A stretch of 35,457 bases of DNA from Patescibacteria group bacterium (lineage in GTDB: Bacteria > Patescibacteriota > Minisyncoccia > UBA6257 > UBA11618), in the NCBI GenBank assembly GCA_003539915.1, contig DPNX01000002.1, positions 1-35,457 of the forward strand, in the 5' to 3' direction. Position numbers and translations under genes: made by a program. The notes under the pieces were generated by a model. It had not been told where the DNA came from and ran no database searches. It worked only from the letters and a program-made list of their open reading frames with translations. Each line of letters begins with the position of its first letter. Position 1 is the first letter of the stretch. Positions 9,615 to 17,134 of the stretch are shown one piece after another.

Positions 9615-10273
9615 ATCGTATAATTTTAATAATTTTTATCTGTCTACTATCCTTACCAGCTCTAGCTCACGGGCAAGAGTTCTTATTCAATTGGGAGGGT
9701 GATAGTTTTGTGCCTGGTTTTTATCAAGGAAGAAGAATGCCTACTGATAATTCATCCTTAAAAATGAGTTTTGAATTAATAGAAAATGATCGCTTGTTGA
9801 ATATTAAAGGTAAAAAGGTGGAGTGGTATGTAGATGGAAAATTATCCCAAAAAGGTGTTGGTTTACAAAGAATAACTGCTAATCAATTTAATGTAAGTCG
9901 TAGTGATATATTTGTTAGAGTTTTAATAAAAAATTTTAAAGGAGGTAATCTAGAAAAAAGCTTTATCATCCCTAAAACAATCCCAAAAGTTATTATTGAA
10001 AGAAATTTTATTAATAATACAATATCAGCTGGAATAAGTATTATTAAGGCATGGCCTTTATTTTTTAATATAGACGATCTATCGGATTTAAATTTCAATT
10101 GGTTTTCCAATAATATTAAACATTCTGGTGAGGATGTTGAAAGGCCTAATGTTTTAGAGCTAGATATACCAACTGACAATGGTCAATTCTCTGTTAATTT
10201 AAATATAAATGTTGTTAATAATAAAAATATAAGTGAGTCAGCTATTAAAAAAATAAATCTAACAATAAAATGA
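9611..10273 (+). CDS. Exported beta-rich (Ig-like) hypothetical protein
   Basis: Signal peptide; EWYVDG and FNWFSNN strand patterns suggest two beta-sandwich domains. Confidence 0.65.
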   Translation: MNRIILIIFICLLSLPALAHGQEFLFNWEGDSFVPGFYQGRRMPTDNSSLKMSFELIENDRLLNIKGKKVEWYVDGKLSQKGVGLQRITANQFNVSRSDIFVRVLIKNFKGGNLEKSFIIPKTIPKVIIERNFINNTISAGISIIKAWPLFFNIDDLSDLNFNWFSNNIKHSGEDVERPNVLELDIPTDNGQFSVNLNINVVNNKNISESAIKKINLTIK

Positions 10274-11619
10274 AGAAGGTTTTTATTATTATAATATTAT
10301 TAGTTCTATCAACTCCTATCGCTTTTGGTCAAGGAGCTATGGAGTCAGCACTTGCTCTTGATGAAGTTGAGGAGAGGGTTGGGACAAGAAATGACTTAAT
10401 GACAAGTATAGACCGAACAACGGATACAAATAGAATGAGTCATTTAAGTGGGTCTAAACTAACTACAAGAATTAGAAGAGATGCTCAAGAAATGAAGAAG
10501 GCTCTTTATGATCCATATGTTGATGTTGATGAGGTCAAAACTTATCAAATACTAAGAGGTACGTCTAGTAATTATAGAACAAGGTTAGCTGAAGAATATC
10601 TACGGATAACGGGTAACAGGTTTCAAAGTGATTTACTTCGCCTAGGAAATGATAATGGTCATGATGTTTTAAGAGGTAAGTTATTATTTAAACAAGGAAC
10701 CCTCTACCCTGAGGATAGGATTGTTTTAGGTTCTGATGGGAGAGGTACTAATGAAAGGTTATTTTTTGATGAGGTGATGAGCATGAGTCTTTACCCAGAA
10801 GATAAAGCTAGGCTCAATGATAGGTGGGCTGAAAAGTATGGCTCTTCGGGTATTTTTAAGGCTAGAGCTAATGGTGGTGAGAGTAGCGTTTTAACTTATT
10901 TTTACAGCGAAGAGTCTGATGAGTCATATAGATCCACCCTTCAAGCCTTATGGGAGGGAAAGGGTGGTTTTCAAGATAATCATGCTGCTCTAACAGCATC
11001 TTGGCTAGGTATTAATCCTGCTGAGCTCGATAGAGCAGCTGCTAGGACTTATGCGGAAAGAGTTGTTGATGAGCAAATGAACAGGGGGGAGACTAGAAAC
11101 GATGCTGTAATGAGAATCTACAATGAAAAACTAGCCTTTATTAGGACTGGGATGGGTAGTCTTCAGGTTACAGGCTCTGGAGAGTTAGAATGTGGACCCG
11201 ATGGTCTTGGTTATAAACTTTGTGTTCCTATATTGGGAAAGGAGAAGGTGGAAAATATTGGTGGTTATATAGTTTTAATTTATCAGTTTGCTCTAGCTAT
11301 ATCTGGGATCCTTGCCTTTATAATGATTACTTATGGTGGTATTAGATGGACTGTTTCAGGAGGTAATGTTAGTAAAATAAGTGAAGCAAAAGAAATTATT
11401 ACAAACGCTATTTTTGGACTTATTCTTTTAGCTATAGCTACTAGCATTCTATATATCATAGATCCCTCTATATTAAGTATACGAGTTGATAAATCCACCT
11501 TTACCGTAAGAGCGCCTAACTACAAGGCGCCTGTAAAACCTATACCAATTCCAGATCCAGATAGACTGCCTTCCGCGCCTTTAATTATAATTGACCCCGG
11601 TGAATCAAATAACGAATAA
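10270..11619 (+). CDS. TrbC/VirB2-type pilin domain protein with N-terminal annexin-like repeats
   Basis: Signal peptide; aa ~329-399 pilin helical hairpin (YGGIRWTVSGGNVSKISEAKEIITNAIFGL..IDP); aa ~71-227 annexin-like repeats (DAQEMKKAL, GRGTNE). Confidence 0.75.
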   Translation: MKKVFIIIILLVLSTPIAFGQGAMESALALDEVEERVGTRNDLMTSIDRTTDTNRMSHLSGSKLTTRIRRDAQEMKKALYDPYVDVDEVKTYQILRGTSSNYRTRLAEEYLRITGNRFQSDLLRLGNDNGHDVLRGKLLFKQGTLYPEDRIVLGSDGRGTNERLFFDEVMSMSLYPEDKARLNDRWAEKYGSSGIFKARANGGESSVLTYFYSEESDESYRSTLQALWEGKGGFQDNHAALTASWLGINPAELDRAAARTYAERVVDEQMNRGETRNDAVMRIYNEKLAFIRTGMGSLQVTGSGELECGPDGLGYKLCVPILGKEKVENIGGYIVLIYQFALAISGILAFIMITYGGIRWTVSGGNVSKISEAKEIITNAIFGLILLAIATSILYIIDPSILSIRVDKSTFTVRAPNYKAPVKPIPIPDPDRLPSAPLIIIDPGESNNE

Positions 11620-12764
11620 TGAAAAAAATAATTATTACAATTTCAATCATCTTAATCGTTATTATTAGTGGTTTTATAATCTATTCATTCTTAAGCCCAA
11701 GTGACACCTTGGACTTTGAAATAATAGATTTAGTTACTGATAATTCTGAAAGCACTGATTCAGAACTAGTTTTTGAAAATAAAATAAATATTGTATCACC
11801 AGAAGAAATTTTAGGTTATTCAATTAATCCAGTCACTAAGCATGTTTACGTTGTTAATACGCTAGGTGAAATTAAAAAGATTAATAACTCGAACTCTGAA
11901 AAAGTTTCTAGTCAAAAAATTAAGGGGATTAATAAGGTTCAGTCCTCAAAAGATGGTAGGAAAATAATGATTGGATTTAACTATCCCAACCAACCAGTTT
12001 TTTCTATTTATAATATTACTGATAGCAACTGGACACCTCTTCCTAAAAATACTATCAGCGCTGATTGGCACCCAGAAAATTCTAATGAAATTATTTATTT
12101 AACTAATGATAATTTAAAGATATTAGATCTTAAAAAAAATAGGTCTAGGTCTGTTTTAAACATTAAATTAACAGGCTCTAAATTAGACTGGGTGTCGTTA
12201 AGTGAGGTGATTGTAATGGAGAGACCTACTACTAAATACAGCTCTGATGCGTGGTTGATTAATTTGAGCACTAAAAAAATTAAAAAAATAGCCTCGGGTA
12301 AAGGTTTAATGATTAATCAGAAAGACGGTTGGAGACTAAGCTTTGTTTATAATAGTAAGGGTAATGAGGTGTTTAATTTAATTAATTCAGAAACTAATAA
12401 GGTTGTTGGTTATTTTAACTTCAGAACCCTACCTTCTAAATGTGTTATTGATCAAAATAATTTTTATTGTGCTATCCCGAATCAAATACCATTGAACACA
12501 TCTCTACCTAATGATTATTTGAGTAGAAAATTTATATCTGATGATATTATCCAATCTATAATGATTAGTAGTGATTCGCAATCAATAGAGTCTAAAATAT
12601 TATACAAAGAAGGGGATGATTTGGTTGATGCTACTGACCTTAAAATAGTTAATGATCAGTTATATTTTATTAATCGATCTGATAATAAACTCTATAGCCT
12701 AAAGTTAGATAAGGTGATAGAGGGGGTTGTTAAGGAGGGGGTTACTGAAGAAGCTTCACAATAA
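11619..12764 (+). CDS. Membrane-anchored probable beta-propeller surface protein
   Basis: Single N-terminal TM; blade-like motifs (SKDGRKI, WHPENSNEI); Cys pair KC..FYCAIP. Confidence 0.65.
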   Translation: MKKIIITISIILIVIISGFIIYSFLSPSDTLDFEIIDLVTDNSESTDSELVFENKINIVSPEEILGYSINPVTKHVYVVNTLGEIKKINNSNSEKVSSQKIKGINKVQSSKDGRKIMIGFNYPNQPVFSIYNITDSNWTPLPKNTISADWHPENSNEIIYLTNDNLKILDLKKNRSRSVLNIKLTGSKLDWVSLSEVIVMERPTTKYSSDAWLINLSTKKIKKIASGKGLMINQKDGWRLSFVYNSKGNEVFNLINSETNKVVGYFNFRTLPSKCVIDQNNFYCAIPNQIPLNTSLPNDYLSRKFISDDIIQSIMISSDSQSIESKILYKEGDDLVDATDLKIVNDQLYFINRSDNKLYSLKLDKVIEGVVKEGVTEEASQ

Positions 12765-13173
12765 CACAACGACCAACTCCTTCTCCAGCGCTCTCAGTCT
12801 CCACGTCTGGACGAGTAGCTAGTTCTAAATGAATGATCCTTCTTTCGTAAGAATTCATAGCTGGTAATTTAACATCTTCCTTAGTCATAACCACTTTTCT
12901 TGCGGCAGCTTTAGCAATATCTATAATAATATTCTCTCGTTCTTTGCGATAATTATTAACATCAACAAAAACTGAGTCGTGATCATTCTTATTAGCTAAA
13001 ACTTTAGATAGGTGATTGAGATCACTAATTACTCTAGGAATCCAATTCTTAAACCAATCTCCTTCGTTAATAAAGATAATTATTTTTCTTCCTTCATTAT
13101 CTGAATTAATAGAAAAATCTTTAAACCCCACTAATTCCAGGATCCGTTGTATTGTTGCTTTGGTCTTCTCCAT
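12742..13173 (-). CDS. jag: Jag/KhpB-like R3H RNA-binding protein (short form)
   Basis: VDVNNYRKERE, PAMNSYERRIIH, ESAGEG; downstream of yidC. Confidence 0.88.
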   Translation of the reverse strand: MEKTKATIQRILELVGFKDFSINSDNEGRKIIIFINEGDWFKNWIPRVISDLNHLSKVLANKNDHDSVFVDVNNYRKERENIIIDIAKAAARKVVMTKEDVKLPAMNSYERRIIHLELATRPDVETESAGEGVGRCVIVKLLQ

Positions 13174-13849
13174 AAATCTTTTTATTAATATATAACTGCT
13201 GAGCTAAAGAAAATAAGGTTGTTGTTAACCAATAAACTCCAACAGCAGAAGGCATGTTAAACAATATAACAACTGCTAGTATTGGACCAATCCAAATCAT
13301 CTTTCTACTAATTTTAACCGCTTGTGGTTCTGGCTCTCCTTTCTTAATTTTAGGAAGAGTTAGGCGACCATGCACATACTGAAAGACGGCAGCTAAAACA
13401 ACAATAAGAATACTCTTATTTGATAGATCAATCAAGCCTAAGAAAGTACTGTTAACTACCTCTGGTTGAGAAACAAAGGGGTAGAGATTTTTTAACGTCT
13501 CAGATGTAACACCTAAATAAAAGACTCTATAAACCGCAATCAACACAGGTAGTTGTACAAGAATTAATAAGAAGCCTGAAAAAGGATTAACTTTATGTTG
13601 TTTATATAACTCCAACATTCTTCGCGCTTGTTCTTCGCGATCATCTTTGTGATCATGTTGTATTTTTTGTATCTCTGGTTGAAGTTTTTGTAAGAGGGTT
13701 TGATTTTTAAAACTCTTATAAAAAAGGGGGGCGAGAATAGTTCTAATAATTATAGTTAATAAAATTATAGATACACCAAAGTCTCCAATATTGTTATATA
13801 AAAAAATAAGGGTGTTAAATATAGGTTGTGTGAGAAAGGTGTTAAACAT
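13121..13849 (-). CDS. yidC: Membrane protein insertase YidC/Oxa1 (compact form)
   Basis: FGVSIILLTIIIR, LQPEI, LYKQHKVNPFSG, QLPVLIA, GVYW. Confidence 0.95.
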   Translation of the reverse strand: MFNTFLTQPIFNTLIFLYNNIGDFGVSIILLTIIIRTILAPLFYKSFKNQTLLQKLQPEIQKIQHDHKDDREEQARRMLELYKQHKVNPFSGFLLILVQLPVLIAVYRVFYLGVTSETLKNLYPFVSQPEVVNSTFLGLIDLSNKSILIVVLAAVFQYVHGRLTLPKIKKGEPEPQAVKISRKMIWIGPILAVVILFNMPSAVGVYWLTTTLFSLAQQLYINKKIYGEDQSNNTTDPGISGV

Positions 13850-14151
13850 TATTTAAATAATTTATTAATTTCTTCGATTAGTTGTTCTTTAGAATTATTC
13901 TTACTAATCACAACTAAATAATCAAATGGTTTTAGTTGAGGTAATAATAATCTTACCTGATTAAATACCAATCTCTTCAATTCATTTCTTTTCACTGCTG
14001 ATTTAACCACTTTTTTACTAACCATCACTCCTAACCGAGGGACATCTTTATCGTTAGTATATTTTTTTAGAGTTAAAGATTGAGAGCGTCTAACTTCTGA
14101 TTTTTTACTCTTTAAATATTGAATAGGAAGCCTGTTTTTCTTGGCTAACAT
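13849..14151 (-). CDS. rnpA: Ribonuclease P protein component
   Basis: MLAKKNRL, RLGVMVSKK, SAVKRNELKR; rpmH-rnpA-yidC synteny. Confidence 0.92.
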   Translation of the reverse strand: MLAKKNRLPIQYLKSKKSEVRRSQSLTLKKYTNDKDVPRLGVMVSKKVVKSAVKRNELKRLVFNQVRLLLPQLKPFDYLVVISKNNSKEQLIEEINKLFK

Positions 14152-14286
14152 TTAAACAGTAATGTTTTTTCTACCCTTTTGACGACGGCTTTTTAACACT
14201 CGTCGACCACCCGGGGAGGCGCTTCTTTTTAAGAATCCGTGGACTCTTTTTCTCTTTCTTTTTTTAGGTTGATATGTTGTTGACAT
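14152..14286 (-). CDS. rpmH: 50S ribosomal protein L34 (not in ORF track)
   Basis: Manual translation [44 protein letters not shown] (44 aa). Confidence 0.96.
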   Translation of the reverse strand: MSTTYQPKKRKRKRVHGFLKRSASPGGRRVLKSRRQKGRKNITV

Positions 14287-14313
14287 AATAATTATTTATA
14301 GCAGAAAATATAG

Positions 14314-14333
14314 TTTTCCACAACTCATCCACA
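14314..14333 (+). promoter_or_regulatory. Tandem DnaA boxes upstream of dnaA
   Basis: TTTTCCACA (14314-14322) and TCATCCACA (14325-14333), one mismatch each to TTATCCACA. Confidence 0.8.
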
Positions 14334-14366
14334 TGTTATTAATTTAGGTCTTATTTCATTGAAATT

Positions 14367-14394
14367 TTGACGAGATGCGAAGAGTGATTAAAAT
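14367..14394 (+). promoter_or_regulatory. sigma70-type dnaA promoter
   Basis: TTGACG-16 nt-TAAAAT, 6 nt before ATG 14401. Confidence 0.65.
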
Positions 14395-14400
14395 GATGAT

Positions 14401-15762
14401 ATGGATCTAAATCAGTTTTGGGAAAAAGCCTTAGGAGATATTGAGCTTCAAGTTTCAAAACCTAACTTTGTTACTTGGTTTAAGAATAGTAGGGTAATTG
14501 ATAAACAAGACGGTTTAGTGGTTATTGGTCTACCAAATAACTTTGCTAAAGAATGGGTGGAAAAGAAATACGACAAAGTCATCTTAGGTTCTTTAAGATC
14601 GTTAGATGAGAAGGTTAAAAAGGTGGAGTTTATCATCCACTCCCAAAACAAGCCTCTTGTGCCAAGTAATCTTTCTGAAAAAGCTGTTGCTGATAACGAA
14701 ACTCAATTAAGTTTTACTGAATTTAAGATTGACCCCGAAACAAACCTTAATCCCCAGTACACTCTTCAGTCATACGCTGTTGGATCAACAAACGAATTAG
14801 CTTATGCCGCGATAACTGCCATCCTCGCTTCGATAGGTAACAAATACAACCCTCTCTTTATCTACGGGGGAGTGGGTGTTGGTAAAACTCATTTAATACA
14901 GGCGGCTGGCAATGAAATAAAAAGGAAGTCTAAGGGAAATGTTAAGGTTAGGTATGTTTCCTCAGAAAAATTCACTAATGATGTTATTTGGGCGATGAGA
15001 AACAAACGAATGGATACTATGAAGTCTAAGTATCGAAATGTAGATGTTTTAATTATTGATGATATTCAATTCATTGGCGGTAAAGAAAAGACTGAGGAAG
15101 AGTTCTTTCACACCTTCAATGCTTTGTTCGAACAAAATAAACAGATCATCCTATCCTCTGATAGGTCTCCTAAGTTCATTCCCGTCCTTGAGGAGCGCTT
15201 GAGCTCACGTTTTGAGGGTGGAATGACGGTTGATATATCATCACCTGATTTCGAGCTTAAGGTGGCTGTTTTACGCAATAAGTTAGAAGAAAAGGGTATT
15301 GAGTTAAGTAATGAGGTTATAAACGCTATCGCTAGTAAAACTCAAAAGAATTTAAGAGAGTTAGAAGGTATATTAAATAAGGTTTTATTTTATAAAGAGG
15401 TTAAAAAAGAAGAGGTTAGTGCTAAAACCCTTGATCAAATAATCGATAATATAGTTCAAAAACCAGCTAAAACAACTAGTCCTGATCAAATAATGAAGAT
15501 AGTCTCTAATTTTTTTGAGATATCTATTAACGATATAATCAGCCGCTCTAGAAAAAAGGAGATTGTTGAGCCTAGACAGGTGTCTATCTACCTCTTGAGA
15601 GATATATTAGGCTTATCTTACCCTTATATTGCTGATAAATTAGGAAAAAGAGATCATACTACTGCTATTTATGCTTATAATAAAATAAAGAAGGAGATCT
15701 TAAAAAATCAGATGTTAAACCAAAAAATAATCATGATTAGAGATATTATAGATAAGGGATAA
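14401..15762 (+). CDS. dnaA: Chromosomal replication initiator DnaA
   Basis: YNPLFIYGGVGVGKTHL, LIIDDIQF, EEFFHTFN, RELEG, RDHTT. Confidence 0.99.
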   Translation: MDLNQFWEKALGDIELQVSKPNFVTWFKNSRVIDKQDGLVVIGLPNNFAKEWVEKKYDKVILGSLRSLDEKVKKVEFIIHSQNKPLVPSNLSEKAVADNETQLSFTEFKIDPETNLNPQYTLQSYAVGSTNELAYAAITAILASIGNKYNPLFIYGGVGVGKTHLIQAAGNEIKRKSKGNVKVRYVSSEKFTNDVIWAMRNKRMDTMKSKYRNVDVLIIDDIQFIGGKEKTEEEFFHTFNALFEQNKQIILSSDRSPKFIPVLEERLSSRFEGGMTVDISSPDFELKVAVLRNKLEEKGIELSNEVINAIASKTQKNLRELEGILNKVLFYKEVKKEEVSAKTLDQIIDNIVQKPAKTTSPDQIMKIVSNFFEISINDIISRSRKKEIVEPRQVSIYLLRDILGLSYPYIADKLGKRDHTTAIYAYNKIKKEILKNQMLNQKIIMIRDIIDKG

Positions 15763-16026
15763 CTTATGGATAAGCTGAGGATTACTGGTGAGTGAGTTCT
15801 GGATAAAAAGTTAGTAAAAACAACTCTACTCAACAAGGTTAAAAGATATCCTATACTTATTACTCTTCTATCCGAGTTTAATCCACAGGAAGTAAACAGG
15901 TTGTTGCGCAGAAAAAAATATTTTTAATTCGATTATAAAAGGGTTATAATATGTTATTCACAAAAAAGGTCCTACACTACTAACTACTACTACTATTAAT
16001 AATTAATATATAAATATATTAGTAAT
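15754..16026. other. oriC: Replication origin oriC (DnaA boxes, DnaA-trios, AT-rich unwinding element)
   Basis: dnaA-dnaN spacer with TATGGATAA 15765, TCTGGATAA 15798, TAATCCACA 15879, TTATTCACA 15954, then CTA repeats 15977-15995 and an almost pure A/T tract to 16026. Confidence 0.9.
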
Positions 16027-17133
16027 ATGAAGGTTGTTATCTTAAAAAGTAATTTAAAAGGTGGATTGTCGTCAGTCGAGAGAGCTATAGGAGAGAGTTC
16101 TAATTTACCAGTTCTTAGAAACGTCTTATTAAAGACTAATGGTAATAAGATTAATATTTCAACAACTAATTTAGAACTAGCTATCACTAAAACTGTTTCA
16201 GGAAAGATTATCGAAGAAGGAGGTTTAACGATTCCTTTCAGTACTTTAAATAATATTGTTAACAATACTACTCAAGAGAGAGTTAGTTTAGAAAAGGATG
16301 GAAATAATTTTATTTTCAAGACAGATAATTACGAAGCTAAAATACAAGGACTTAAAGAAGATGAATTTCCAGTTATTCCTAAGATTAAAAGTGAAAACTG
16401 TATAGAGTTCAATCCGGTTATATTAAGAAAAGCTGTTAATAAAGTTATTAGTGCTGCTCAGATGTCAGAAATAAGACCAGAGATTAGTGGGTTATTACTT
16501 GATTACCAAGTAACTCAAATAAAATTAGTAGCAACGGATAGTTTTAGGCTCGCAGAAAAGAATATTAGCGCCAATCAATTCAAGTCTGATATAAACCACA
16601 GCTTTAAGGTAATCGTTCCGCTAAAGACCGTTCAGGAGGTCTTAAGGGTATTTAGCGATGATGAACCAATCAAACTTTTTATAGACGACAATCAAATTCT
16701 TTTTAAGAACAATAATTTACAGATCATTTCTAGATTGATTGATGGTGAGTATCCGGATTATGAACAGATTATCCCTAAAAGTATCGAAACTGAATTAAGT
16801 GTTAATAAGGAGCATTTTATAAACGCTGTTCGCTTAGTTAGTACTTTTAGTGGAAAAAATAATGATGTTAATCTAGCGCTTAAAAACAATAAGGTGATGG
16901 AAGTTTATTTAGCTAATCAGATGTTGGGAGAAAATAATTACATGATCCCCACCAAAACTGACGGAAAAGATTTTGAAAATGTTTCTTTTAACTGGCGTTA
17001 TCTAATTGATGGCTTGAAAGTTATAGATTCTGAAAATCTAATCTTTGGAGTTAATGGTAATAATCGTCCAGCGGTAATTAAGTCAGCTGATGACACTTCT
17101 CATTTTTATATCTTAATGCCAATCAAGGCTTAG
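16027..17133 (+). CDS. dnaN: DNA polymerase III beta clamp
   Basis: TNLEL, VATDSFRLA, SRLIDGEYPDY, YILMPI. Confidence 0.98.
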   Translation: MKVVILKSNLKGGLSSVERAIGESSNLPVLRNVLLKTNGNKINISTTNLELAITKTVSGKIIEEGGLTIPFSTLNNIVNNTTQERVSLEKDGNNFIFKTDNYEAKIQGLKEDEFPVIPKIKSENCIEFNPVILRKAVNKVISAAQMSEIRPEISGLLLDYQVTQIKLVATDSFRLAEKNISANQFKSDINHSFKVIVPLKTVQEVLRVFSDDEPIKLFIDDNQILFKNNNLQIISRLIDGEYPDYEQIIPKSIETELSVNKEHFINAVRLVSTFSGKNNDVNLALKNNKVMEVYLANQMLGENNYMIPTKTDGKDFENVSFNWRYLIDGLKVIDSENLIFGVNGNNRPAVIKSADDTSHFYILMPIKA

Positions 17134-17134
17134 A

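Noticed and set aside
1512..12764. Integrative conjugative element or prophage call
   Set aside because: No integrase, relaxase, phage structural genes, flanking tRNA or direct repeats seen.
15754..16001. Short periodic repeats that might suggest a CRISPR array or microsatellite
   Set aside because: Units are 9-11 bp or 3 bp without spacers; explained as DnaA boxes and trios; no cas genes in the window.
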